From: Calditrichia bacterium
GTDB taxonomy: Bacteria > Calditrichota > Calditrichia > JAJRVZ01
Assembly (NCBI GenBank): GCA_963777955.1
Contig: CAVZSQ010000019.1
Span: 192,001-256,000, forward strand
Reading direction: 5' to 3'
Length of the DNA stretch: 64,000 bases
Positions 32,268 to 42,062 of the stretch are shown in pieces. The number at the start of each line of letters is the position of its first letter. Within the stretch, counting starts at the first letter, position 1. Under the pieces are notes generated by a model. That model saw only the letters and a program-made list of their open reading frames with translations. It did no database searches and was not told the origin of the DNA. The translations under genes and the position numbers were made by a program.

Positions 32268-33248
32268 ATGGCCGAGGTTCAGCAAAAACCAAAAATAAAA
32301 ATGGCCGTTTACTGGGGTGCAGCATGCGGTGGTTGTTGTGTATCGGTACTCGATGTCCATGAAAAATTATTTGACGTGGTGGCCGCTGCCGATCTGGTAT
32401 TCTGGCCGATTGCCCTGGATATTAAATACAAAGACGTTGAAGCGATGCCGGATGGTCATATCGATGTCACCCTGTTCAATGGTGCTGTGCGTAATAGCGA
32501 GAACGAGCATATGGCCAAACTGCTGCGCCAAAAGACAAAAGTACTGGTAGCCTACGGTTCCTGTGCGCATATGGGCGGGATTCCCGGTCTGGCCAATTTC
32601 AGTACTAAGGAAGAAATTTTTAAAAGGGTTTATCTGGAGAGCGAATCCACCATTAATCCCGATAAAATTATGCCCCAAACTAAATTCCAGGTAAAAGAAG
32701 GCGAACTTGAATTGCCGGTTTTTTATAACGATGTACGGGCCTTGAACCAGGCGGTTGATGTGGATTATTACCTGCCCGGTTGCCCACCGCAAACGGAACG
32801 ATTACTGGAAGTATTTATGGCCATCGTCAGCGGTGCCACTCTTCCGCCTAAAGGATCGGTGGTCGGTGCCAACGAAAAGGCGCTCTGTGACGAATGTGAA
32901 CGCACCAAGAGCGATGCTAAAACAATTAAAAGATTTTACCGGCCTTATGAAATTGTCGATGACGGTAAAACCTGTTTTCTGGAGCAAGGGGTTATTTGTA
33001 TGGGTCTGGCCACCCGCGGTGGTTGCGGATCACGCTGTATCAAGGGTAATGCCCCCTGCCGCGGTTGTTATGGGCCACCGATCACGGCACCCGATGCCGG
33101 CACCAAAATGATGTCTTCACTGGCGACCATGATCGATTCCAACGATGCGGATGAGATACAGAAAATTGTCGGGCAAATCGCCGATCCGGCCGGGACTTTT
33201 TACCGGACCAGCCTGCCCACTTCGATTATCAGGAGGAAACTAGCATGA
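32268..33248 (+). CDS. mvhG: [NiFe]-hydrogenase small subunit MvhG
   Basis: ACGGC, GSCA..GGIPGLAN, PGCPP, CDEC, CFLEQG.ICMG..T..GC...C...N.PCRGC; no Tat signal. Confidence 0.93.
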   Translation: MAEVQQKPKIKMAVYWGAACGGCCVSVLDVHEKLFDVVAAADLVFWPIALDIKYKDVEAMPDGHIDVTLFNGAVRNSENEHMAKLLRQKTKVLVAYGSCAHMGGIPGLANFSTKEEIFKRVYLESESTINPDKIMPQTKFQVKEGELELPVFYNDVRALNQAVDVDYYLPGCPPQTERLLEVFMAIVSGATLPPKGSVVGANEKALCDECERTKSDAKTIKRFYRPYEIVDDGKTCFLEQGVICMGLATRGGCGSRCIKGNAPCRGCYGPPITAPDAGTKMMSSLATMIDSNDADEIQKIVGQIADPAGTFYRTSLPTSIIRRKLA

Positions 33249-34706
33249 CGCGGATAACCATCGATCCGATTACCCGTCTGGAAGGACATGGCAAAATAGA
33301 AATTTTTCTGGATAATGCCGGTGATGTGGAAAATGTATACTTTCAGGTCCCCGAATTACGCGGCTTTGAAAAATTCTGCGAAGGCCGGCCAATCGAGGAA
33401 GTTTCAGCGATTGTCACCAAGATCTGCGGAGTGTGCCCGGGTTGTCATCACATGGCAGCCGGTAAAGCGGCCGATGCCGTTTTTGGTGTGGAGCCGACAC
33501 CGACGGCTAAGAAGATCAGGGAATTGTTTTACATGGCTCATTTCGTCCACAGCCACATTGCCCATTTTTATGCTCTGGCCGCCCCAGATTTTGTAGTCGG
33601 ACCCACTGCCCCTCCGGCCGAGCGCAATATTCTGGGAGTGATTGCTAAAGTCGGTGTGGAAATTGGCACGGAAGTGATCAAACAACGCCGTATTGCCCAG
33701 GAAATACAGGCACTACTGGGCGGCCACCAGACCCATGTTGTACTGAATATCCCGGGAGGTGTGCGGAAAGGTTTGACTGAAGAACAACGTCTTGATATAG
33801 TCAAGAAGGCCGAGGGCTTCGTCGAATTCGCCAAATTTTCGTTAAAAATCTTCAACGATGTGGTTCTGGCCAATAAACAGTACGTCGATATTATACTTAA
33901 CGGTCCCTATTCCTTAAAATTACATTCCATGGGTCTGGTGGACGAAAACAATAAAGTCAATTTTTATGATGGTAAAGTACGGGTTGTGGATACTACCGGT
34001 AAAGAACATTGCAAATATGCCCCCCGCGAATACCAGAAGTACGTGGCCGAACGGGTTGAACCATGGAGTTATCTGAAATTTCCATACCTCAGGCAGATCG
34101 GTTGGAAAGGATTTGTAGACGGCCAGGAATCCGGGATTTACCACGCCACACCTCTTTCGCGTTTGAATGCTGCCGATGGTATGGCCACCCCGCTGGCTCA
34201 GGCCGAATATGAAAGGATGTATGCAACTCTGGGCGGGAAACCGGTCCATGCCACGCTGGCTATGCACTGGGCCCGTTTGATTGAACTCCTCTATGCGGCG
34301 GAACATTGTTTAGAACTGGCCAAAGATAAATCCATCACTTCCACCGACTTGCGGGCCAAACTGGATAAAAAGCCCAGCGGAAGGGGTGGGCATCGTTGAA
34401 GCACAGCGCGGCACCCTGACTCACCATTACTGGACGGATGAAAAAGGTATCATTACCAAAGCCAATATCATAGTCGGCACAACCAATAACAATGCAGCCA
34501 TCTGTATGTCGTTGAAGAAAGCCGCACAGGGATTGATAAAAAAAGGCGTACCGGTGACCGAAGGTATGCTCAATATGGTGGAAATGGCTTTCCGGGCTTA
34601 TGATCCATGCTTTTCCTGTGCCACCCACAGTTTACCTGGAACAATGCCCATGATAGTAAACATACATGATTCAGCAGGGATTATAATTCAAACTTTAAAA
34701 CGATGA
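33245..34706 (+). CDS. mvhA: [NiFe]-hydrogenase large subunit MvhA, group 3c-like (+1 frameshift near 34380)
   Basis: IDPITRLEGH, RGFE, L1 KICGVCPGCH, EAQRGTL.HHY, L2 RAYDPCFSCATH plus cleavable C-terminal extension. Confidence 0.93.
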
Positions 34707-34732
34707 AGAATTCTATTTAAAGCAAGTAGTAT

Positions 34733-34759
34733 ACAGGGGCGGGTTTTTCTCGCCCCTGT
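34733..34759 (+). terminator. Stem-loop between mvhA and the maturation protease gene
   Basis: ACAGGGGCG-GGTTTTTCT-CGCCCCTGT followed by TTATTT. Confidence 0.6.
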
Positions 34760-34778
34760 TTATTTAAGGGCTGGTTAA

Positions 34779-35246
34779 TTGAAAAATACAACTTTAATTC
34801 TGGGCATTGGTAATGAGATCCTTAAGGATGACGGTATCGGCCCTAAAATCGTCAGCCGGCTGGCTGGTGAATTTCCAGCAAGTGACTTCGACTATCAGTC
34901 AGCCAGCCTGGGCGGATTGGAATTAGTTGAATTGATCCGGGGTTATCAAAGAGTAATCTTAATCGATGCAATTAATACAGGCCAGGGTCAGGTAGGGGAT
35001 GTATATTTCTTTACACCTCAGGATTTTAAGGAAACATTACATTTGTCAAATTTACACGATATCTCTTTCCTGCAGGCGCTGGAATTAGGCAGACATATAA
35101 ATATCCCAATCCCTGAAGAGATCCAGATTATCGCTATTGAAATAAGGGAAGATAAAGTCTTTGGTGAAGATTTCAGCCCTGAATTACAAAACCGCTATGA
35201 ACAGATCTATAAATCAATTAAAGATTACCTTAAAAAAATCGGGTGA
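34779..35246 (+). CDS. Hydrogenase maturation endopeptidase
   Basis: ILGIGNEILKDDGIG, ILIDAI and SNLHD motifs; follows mvhA. Confidence 0.93.
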   Translation: MKNTTLILGIGNEILKDDGIGPKIVSRLAGEFPASDFDYQSASLGGLELVELIRGYQRVILIDAINTGQGQVGDVYFFTPQDFKETLHLSNLHDISFLQALELGRHINIPIPEEIQIIAIEIREDKVFGEDFSPELQNRYEQIYKSIKDYLKKIG

Positions 35247-35286
35247 GGATTAAACTGGCAAATAGATACTGCAGGTTAAGCGCACA

Positions 35287-35697
35287 TTAAGTATCAGCCA
35301 ATACAATTTCATAGTCACTGCTCAATTCCACAGCTTTCTGCAGGGTAGCATAGATCGAACAGTATTTAGTATTGCTTAGTTCAATAGCACGCGCAATTTG
35401 ATGATCATTCAGATTGTGCCCGGTGAACTTGTAATGGATATGAATTTTCCTGAATTGCCAGGGCGGTTGATCTTCACGTTCACTTTCCACTAATAGCTGC
35501 ACAGCGGTCAAATGCTGGCGTTGTTTTTGGATTATATCGACCACATCCCAGGCCGAACACCCGGCCAGGCTTAACGGCAGCAGATCGGCGCCGTTCACAC
35601 CCCAGGGCTGGGTCATGACAATCGGAAAATCGTTACGGTCTTTTAACAGAAAAACTTTATCCCGGATCCAATCTACTTGTACATATTCACTGGTCAT
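35287..35697 (-). CDS. OsmC/YhfA family protein
   Basis: LAGCSAWDV...KYCSIYATL two-Cys motif; start could extend to 35745. Confidence 0.85.
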   Translation of the reverse strand: MTSEYVQVDWIRDKVFLLKDRNDFPIVMTQPWGVNGADLLPLSLAGCSAWDVVDIIQKQRQHLTAVQLLVESEREDQPPWQFRKIHIHYKFTGHNLNDHQIARAIELSNTKYCSIYATLQKAVELSSDYEIVLADT

Positions 35698-35798
35698 GAT
35701 TTCAGTTAAAACTGGAATTCCTGATGTAACATTCCGAACCCGCATCAGTTTTTTTTGACAGGAAGATATTTCTGTGGTCAGCGATTCAACTTTGATAA

Positions 35799-36404
35799 TC
35801 AGAGAATAAAAGTAGCGAGCCCGATTCCTATGAATATTCGATCCTGATCGATAACTTCACCTTCTTCAATCACAGAAATTCCATACTTAAATTGCATCGT
35901 TATGCCGGTATTACCCGACAGGTGATATAAAATTCCGGCTCCCAGGTCGAACTCGCCCTTTTGATCCCCAACGTCGTTTGAATAAAACAGATAATCAGTG
36001 AAAATATAAGGCCGCCATCTATCTTTCCCAAAATAGTATTTGAATATGGGCCCCGCATAAGTCAGACTGGCATTTGTGACTGATTTACCGTCAATATCTG
36101 AGCTTAGGTTCTTATAGGTAAACAACAATCCCAAGGATAGATTATTCATCAGAAAATGTGAAACACCCACATCGACCTGAAATGTTTCCATTATTAATTC
36201 CGCATCAGCTGTTAAATCATACGTGGTTGTCAGACGGTCATAGAAAATGGATCCATTAATTTCAAAAGAACCTTTGCTGGTCAGCAGAGCTGAATTAATC
36301 TGGGTGGTTACATCGGTATAAACTTTTTTTAAATCGGTTTCCTGGGCCAGTATCTGTGAACAGACGATGGCAAGCAGAACAATGAGTATCGACAATCGTT
36401 TCAT
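35799..36404 (-). CDS. Outer-membrane beta-barrel protein
   Basis: Signal peptide; GPIFKYYF, RPYIF, GAGILY amphipathic strands; C-terminal GIGLATFIL. Confidence 0.75.
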   Translation of the reverse strand: MKRLSILIVLLAIVCSQILAQETDLKKVYTDVTTQINSALLTSKGSFEINGSIFYDRLTTTYDLTADAELIMETFQVDVGVSHFLMNNLSLGLLFTYKNLSSDIDGKSVTNASLTYAGPIFKYYFGKDRWRPYIFTDYLFYSNDVGDQKGEFDLGAGILYHLSGNTGITMQFKYGISVIEEGEVIDQDRIFIGIGLATFIL

Positions 36405-36490
36405 ACCCTTTTCTCCTCAATTGAAGTAAATTCTTTAACAAATAGCAGATGAGATTTTCTAGGGATATACGCAGGTTCTGGCTGAATGAC

Positions 36491-37130
36491 TCATGATTTT
36501 TTTAATAACCAGGTCACTCCGGTAACCTCACTCTCCAGCACATCAATTTCATCCTGCTGCGCCCGCAGATACCCTTCGAATAATTCCTTTTTCTGCGGAT
36601 GCTGTTCTGTTAATTCGCGAATCCGCAGAACGATCCACTTATACATTTCAGCATTTTCTTCAGTCAATACCGCCGGCCTTCACAAAATACGTCAATAGCG
36701 ACAGGGTTTTCTGCGGATCGCCGCAGATCCAACCGACCGAGCCCATGATAACCAGGTCGTATAATTCCGCACCCGTTTTGAATTCTCTGATATCCCCGCA
36801 CCCGAAGCGGCACATCGACTGTACACCGTATTCTTCCGCCTGGCCTGATGCCTCGGCTACAAACGCGGGCAGGCCGTCGAGGCCATAGCAATTGAAGCCG
36901 AACTCTCTGGCCAGATTCACCGAAATAGCCCCTTTCCCGCAGCCCAGGTCCAGCACACTGATCTTGCCCTGGCGGTGCAGGTTATGTTTCTTAATCAGAT
37001 CAATAATACCGTTTACCGGCGTTCCTAACTCCCACAAATCCTGTAATAAATAAACCAGGTAGGGATAGATCCCGGCATCCTGGTTCCCATCAAGCGATTG
37101 CAAAACACTTTTTTGCAGGTCGTCCAGCAA
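36491..37130 (-). pseudogene. Class I SAM-dependent methyltransferase, disrupted near 36665
   Basis: VLDLGCGKG motif; ORF stops at VKAGGID*, and a plausible C-terminus EENAEMYKWI...QQDEIDVLESEVTGVTWLLKKS* follows in another frame. Confidence 0.7.
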
Positions 37131-37142
37131 AATTAATCCTGC

Positions 37143-37880
37143 CTAATTTAATTTTCTGATCATGATCTTCAGATCTTTTTTATCCTTCAACAATTCAACC
37201 AATTCCTGAACATTTGTATCCCCGAAGTGATAGGGATACAGAACCTTAGGATTGAACATACGGACTGCCCTGGCCACCATTCCCGGTGCCATGGTATACG
37301 GCAGATTCATCGGCAGGAAGGCAATATCGATATCTTTCAGATTTCTCATTTCCGGTACATTCTCCGTATCGCCGGCGATATATATTTTTATATTACCAAA
37401 AGTCAACACATAACCATTACCAATCCCGCGGGGATGGAAAGGCTCTCCGTTATCCCTTTTATTAACCAGATTGTAAGCCGGCACCGCTTCCACCTTAATT
37501 CCCTGTACAACTTTACTCTCCCCGTTCTTTAAAATGGTTCCCATTTTAATTTCTTTGGCACAGGTGGCGGTCAGGATCAAATCCGTTGTCGGTTTCTTAA
37601 TAGTGGTGATTGCATTTTTATCCAGATGATCCCCATGGTGATGGGTGACCAGGATAATATCCGCCGGGGGAAGATTAGAATAATTGGCATACTGCCCCAC
37701 CGGATCGACGTGGATAACCAGGTTGTTGTACTGGAATATCAAAGTTCCATGTCCGATAAAGGTAACAGCAATATCTCCCGTTGTTGTTTTGATCGTATCC
37801 GTTTGAAATTGAATTTGCGCCATTGACACGGAAGCCCCGATTAGACCTGTGAAAAATAAAGTATAGATTAGTTTAATCAT
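37143..37880 (-). CDS. MBL-fold metallo-hydrolase, exported
   Basis: THHHGDH, HPRG.GNGY, YIAGDT, LPYTM, YPYH. Confidence 0.9.
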   Translation of the reverse strand: MIKLIYTLFFTGLIGASVSMAQIQFQTDTIKTTTGDIAVTFIGHGTLIFQYNNLVIHVDPVGQYANYSNLPPADIILVTHHHGDHLDKNAITTIKKPTTDLILTATCAKEIKMGTILKNGESKVVQGIKVEAVPAYNLVNKRDNGEPFHPRGIGNGYVLTFGNIKIYIAGDTENVPEMRNLKDIDIAFLPMNLPYTMAPGMVARAVRMFNPKVLYPYHFGDTNVQELVELLKDKKDLKIMIRKLN

Positions 37881-37921
37881 ATAATTCTCCTTTAGAATTA
37901 ATTTAAATCGTTAATTCTTTA

Positions 37922-37949
37922 GTGGAGACGCACGGCGGTACGTCTTCAC
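37922..37949. repeat. GTAG-type REP-like palindrome
   Basis: GTGGAGACGCACGGCGGTACGTCTTCAC, a degenerate form of the palindrome GTAGAGACGCACGGCCGTGCGTCTCTAC. Confidence 0.7.
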
Positions 37950-37951
37950 GG

Positions 37952-38293
37952 TTAATCGCGATTAAAATGCGGCATGGAATCCGGTATAACAATTGCTATT
38001 TCCATAAAACCACTGTACTGGCCATTCAGATACCAGGGGGTTTGATATATCAATTTCCTGATATTACGCTTATTAATTGTATACACATTAATCTGTTGTT
38101 TGTTCATCAGTTCCTTGAGTTTGCTGCGGGCTGGTTCCGGATGACACTCCAGTAGATTCGATCCTAACAATTCTATACCACCCTCATCCTGAAATGATTT
38201 TATGGCCTGATCATTCAGCTCCAGGATTAAACCATCGGTATCACAGACGGTAATGGCTCCGTTAAATTCTTTTACCCATTTATTTTCATTCAT
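37952..38293 (-). CDS. Stand-alone PAS domain protein
   Basis: AITVCDTDG.I...N, LLGSNLLECHP, IYQTPWY..G.Y.G..E. Confidence 0.85.
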   Translation of the reverse strand: MNENKWVKEFNGAITVCDTDGLILELNDQAIKSFQDEGGIELLGSNLLECHPEPARSKLKELMNKQQINVYTINKRNIRKLIYQTPWYLNGQYSGFMEIAIVIPDSMPHFNRD

Positions 38294-38311
38294 ATTTGCA
38301 CCTTAAGTTTT

Positions 38312-38338
38312 AGACGCACGGCCGCCGCAGGTCTCTAC
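38312..38338. repeat. Second, degenerate copy of the GTAGAGACGCACGGC REP-like element
   Basis: AGACGCACGGCCGCCGCAGGTCTCTAC. Confidence 0.6.
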
Positions 38339-38347
38339 AGTATGTTT

Positions 38348-38761
38348 CTATGAATCTTCATCATGACGAACTCTCTGACGCTTAATTTTTATTTCTCCCC
38401 GCATATGTTTTTGTTCCAGGCGGCCCAATGTCACACTCAGAGAAGGTTTGGTAATCTTTCTTTTCCGCAGAATCTTGCCGGCCTCCTGCAGTAATTGTTC
38501 CAACCGTTTTAAGGCATCACGGCGATTGGCCTGCTGGGTACGGAAGCGTTGCGCACGGATGATCAGTACCCCATTTTTATCCGCTTTTTTGCCAGACAGG
38601 TGTTCTAACCTTTTTTTGATATGTTCCGGAATTGAAGTTGAATTGCGGATATCAAAGCGCAGCCGTACCGCGGTGGAAACCTTGTTTACATTTTGTCCGC
38701 CGGGACCCGCCGAACGGACAAACTCGAATGAAATTTCAGATTCTTTAATCTGATAAGACAT
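38348..38761 (-). CDS. arfB: Alternative ribosome rescue factor B (peptidyl-tRNA hydrolase)
   Basis: FVRSAGPGGQNVNKVSTAV, RTQQANR, basic C-terminal tail. Confidence 0.93.
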   Translation of the reverse strand: MSYQIKESEISFEFVRSAGPGGQNVNKVSTAVRLRFDIRNSTSIPEHIKKRLEHLSGKKADKNGVLIIRAQRFRTQQANRRDALKRLEQLLQEAGKILRKRKITKPSLSVTLGRLEQKHMRGEIKIKRQRVRHDEDS

Positions 38762-38816
38762 GTGCAAAAATCCCTCTGTGTAAAATTCGCCGTATAGTAT
38801 CATGTTTTTGCTATGG

Positions 38817-39660
38817 TCAATTTAATGCCAATCCCGTGTCAGTAATCTTTATTGTTCTGCCGGTACCCATATTAATAAATTCTTCACCATATGCGTCTCT
38901 GAACATTTGAATTTGCTTGTCACCCGTACAGTGTGTGGCACCGCATTTCCGTACTTCCAGTTTTCTAAATTCTTTTATTATTTCATGCACTGCTGCATCG
39001 GAATGTTCTAACAGATGAAATCCACCCAGGACCAAATATATATCTTTGTTTAAAAGTTTTTTTGCTGCCTTCAGTATATTCAATAATGCCCTGATGAGAA
39101 CAACCGGTGATGATCACCAGACCTTGTTTTGTATTGATGATCATTGATTGTTCTTTTATCTGTCCACCCATCTCTCCGCTCAGGAATACATTGCGGCAGA
39201 TCTCGACCGGTTTATCCACCCGTGTGATCTTTTTTATTCCAGTCTTTAAACCAAAATCTTCGGAAAAAGATACAGGTACAAATGCAGGAATATCCGGATT
39301 TCGTGAATATACTTCTGGAATCCCGCCGGTATGATCCTGGTGCTCATGCGACAGAATCAATTGCTCGACCTGTCGCAAATCAACATGTAAAATGTCAATG
39401 TTATTAACAAGTATACCACCAATTCTTCCGGTATCGAATAGTATGGTTTTTTCTAATCCTTCGATCAAACACGAAAAACCCCAGTCGGATTCGGTTTCAG
39501 GCTTATAAATATAATTATCGACCAGGATTGTGATCTTAAGCGTGTCGCCGACCATCGCAGGGACAGAGCGGGGTGTCTGCATTAGTTGTAATGAAAACCC
39601 GGTTGTGCTTAAAACATTGATCAATAAGGTCGCAAAGACAAACCGTTTCAACCAGGACAT
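38817..39660 (-). CDS. MBL-fold metallo-hydrolase (+1 frameshift near 39085)
   Basis: WGFSCLIE, LFDTG, SHEHQDHTGG, TGCSHQG, then GGFHL and THCTG in the next frame. Confidence 0.85.
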
Positions 39661-39710
39661 AGGCTAGTTCCTCATTTGATTATATTACTCATTTTCATAT
39701 CGCCTTTTTT

Positions 39711-40832
39711 TCAATAGGCCAGGCGTACAACATAGTTATTCTGCTGAGTCAATAAAGCCGCGGAATTCTTTTCAATCGTCAGTGGCAAAATAAAATCGGG
39801 TTTACCGCTGCCGAAATCAACTTTATCAGCCGGCAATTTCGTCAGATTGGTGACCAGGCAGCCGTTCCGCGGATCGTAAGGATTGAGTTTGTCCCATTGT
39901 TTTGTGTCAATCAAATGTTCCAGTTCCTGCAGATATTCCAGGTATTTTCCCCTGGTGATAACCGGAACCGCTTTTCTGATCTGCCTGGCAATGGTATTAA
40001 TATCCGATTCCTGAATCGATTTTGTTTCAAATTTTGTCACAGCAAACAGCAGGGGATTTCCAAAATATTTTGGGCCATATTCAGCAATTTGCCGGCGTAC
40101 ATCCATAGGTATGGTCAACTCAGCCGAACTGTTAAAATAATCCTGCCGCAGGACCACTTTCTTAAGGACCATGGCAGATAACAGGTCATTTGCCGAGACA
40201 GTCGTGTTGAACTGATGTTTAATATCCCTGATCGCTTGATACACCTCTGCTTTTGGAACATGCTCAATTTTGACCGTGTATTTCGCATCATGCACTGGTG
40301 GTTTTAATCCGCTTGATTTGAATAAAAATTCTCTTAGCCTTGTTCGCCGGTGCCGGGGTTTATACAACAAACGGGTTATATATTTTTTAAACAGAACCGG
40401 GTTGCTGCGGCTGATAGCAGCCAGGACACTCAAAAAATAAAAATAACTATAGCCGTCCCCGGCCAGATGATTCATTTTAGGTATCAGTACCGTGCCATTG
40501 GAATACTGTATAATCTGCAAATGAAATAATTTTTTCAGAGTCACCGGACTGAATTTGCTGTATTTGTCAAACAAGCCGGCGGAGGTATCTTCTGAATCAA
40601 TTTGCTGACCCAGGCTCTTCTCAGCCAAACAATCACTTTCGGTGTAGCGGTCAAAATGGATTTGCCCGGCACGGTACTCGCCGAATAATGGCCAGAAATC
40701 AGCAGATACATTTTTCAAAGCCGCACGGACTTTAGCTGTCTTTAATTTCTGTTTATAAAAAAATGCCATCTCGATAGGATAAATCCCGTTTGTAAAAACC
40801 GAATCAACCTGTGAGATATTCAGTGTTTTCAT
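39711..40832 (-). CDS. CoA-dependent acyltransferase with BAHD-like HxxxDG and DFGxG motifs
   Basis: NHLAGDG, FWPLFG, DVRR, YFGN, VDFGSGKP. Confidence 0.8.
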   Translation of the reverse strand: MKTLNISQVDSVFTNGIYPIEMAFFYKQKLKTAKVRAALKNVSADFWPLFGEYRAGQIHFDRYTESDCLAEKSLGQQIDSEDTSAGLFDKYSKFSPVTLKKLFHLQIIQYSNGTVLIPKMNHLAGDGYSYFYFLSVLAAISRSNPVLFKKYITRLLYKPRHRRTRLREFLFKSSGLKPPVHDAKYTVKIEHVPKAEVYQAIRDIKHQFNTTVSANDLLSAMVLKKVVLRQDYFNSSAELTIPMDVRRQIAEYGPKYFGNPLLFAVTKFETKSIQESDINTIARQIRKAVPVITRGKYLEYLQELEHLIDTKQWDKLNPYDPRNGCLVTNLTKLPADKVDFGSGKPDFILPLTIEKNSAALLTQQNNYVVRLAY

Positions 40833-40856
40833 TCTGTGACGCCATACCCGTTTGAT

Positions 40857-42062
40857 TTATTTTACAGGGCTTAATCTCAACAACACTACATCATGTCCGG
40901 CCAGTTGCCGGTTGAATTTCTTTTTGGTAGTGCCCAGATCTTTTTTAGACCATAAATCGCGGACAGCGAAGATTTGTTGCTTGAAATTTATATCCCGCCG
41001 GGACAAAGAATCGGAAACTGTATGTTCGCTCCAGGGGAATTCAATGCTTTTGACCTCAGTCCCGCGATTGAGAAAACAGATTGCCCACCGGCCGGCAGAT
41101 AATGGTTTAAACCAGATTTCAATATTATCCTGTGCCGAGTATTTAAATCCCTGCACACCCAAAGAATCCTGGTCGATGCTGATCACTTCCTGATTAGTCA
41201 ATATCTGCAGGGTTTCCCTGGACATATTTTGCAGATCATTTCCGGCCATCAGCGGCGCAGCCAGCATACACCACATGCTAAAATGTGCCCGGTCTTCGTT
41301 CACCGACATACCATTACCTACTTCCATCATATCAGGATCGTTCCAGTGGTCCGGTCCGGCATGGCTGCGCAATCCTTTTTGCATGTCCAATATTTGCATA
41401 ACACCCCATGATTTCCAGGTACCATGATCGACCACCCCATCAAAAACAGCACTGATATCGCCGGTAGTCCGCCAGAGATGACCGATAGATTTGCCCCATT
41501 CCCACGGTTTATTACTACCCCATTCGCACATACTAAAAACGATCGGACGCCCGGCGGCATACAGGGCATCGCGCATGGTTAAATATGCGCCTTCGGCTTT
41601 GAGCCCTTCGGTATTACACCAGTCATATTTCAGATAATCCACACCCCATTCGGCATACTTCAGGGCATCCTGGTATTCGTGTCCGCGCGAACCCGGCCGG
41701 CCGCCGCAGGTCTGCGACCCGGCATCCGAGTATATGCCGAATTTCAATCCTTTAGAGTGGATGTAATCGGCCAGGGCTTTGATACCGGAAGGAAAACGCT
41801 GCGGATCAGGTTGAATAAATCCGAGCTGATCACGCTGGCCATGCCAGCAATCATCGATTACAATGTACTGATATCCGGCTTCTTTCATGCCGCTGCTGAC
41901 CAGTGCATCGGCGGTTTCACGGATCAGTTTTTCGCTGACGTCGCAGGAAAATTTATTCCAGGTATTCCAACCCATTGGCGGAGTCAGGGCCAAACCGTTG
42001 AATTTTTGGGCGAATAATGGCAGGGTCAACATAAAAATGAATAAACACGTCAATTGTTTCAT
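40857..42062 (-). CDS. Alpha-galactosidase, GH27
   Basis: LTPPMGWNTWN, IDDCW, YLKYDWC, WRTTGDI, WNDPDMMEVG. Confidence 0.95.
   Translation of the reverse strand: MKQLTCLFIFMLTLPLFAQKFNGLALTPPMGWNTWNKFSCDVSEKLIRETADALVSSGMKEAGYQYIVIDDCWHGQRDQLGFIQPDPQRFPSGIKALADYIHSKGLKFGIYSDAGSQTCGGRPGSRGHEYQDALKYAEWGVDYLKYDWCNTEGLKAEGAYLTMRDALYAAGRPIVFSMCEWGSNKPWEWGKSIGHLWRTTGDISAVFDGVVDHGTWKSWGVMQILDMQKGLRSHAGPDHWNDPDMMEVGNGMSVNEDRAHFSMWCMLAAPLMAGNDLQNMSRETLQILTNQEVISIDQDSLGVQGFKYSAQDNIEIWFKPLSAGRWAICFLNRGTEVKSIEFPWSEHTVSDSLSRRDINFKQQIFAVRDLWSKKDLGTTKKKFNRQLAGHDVVLLRLSPVK

Noticed and set aside
30076..34706. Selenocysteine recoding explaining the split hdrA2 and mvhA ORFs
   Set aside because: The downstream halves are in a different frame, and the Cys ligand codons are ordinary TGC/TGT
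27131..35246. Evidence for methanogenesis or sulfate reduction
   Set aside because: HdrA, Mvh and QmoC-like modules are widespread in bacteria; no mcr, hdrB, aprAB, sat or dsr in the window
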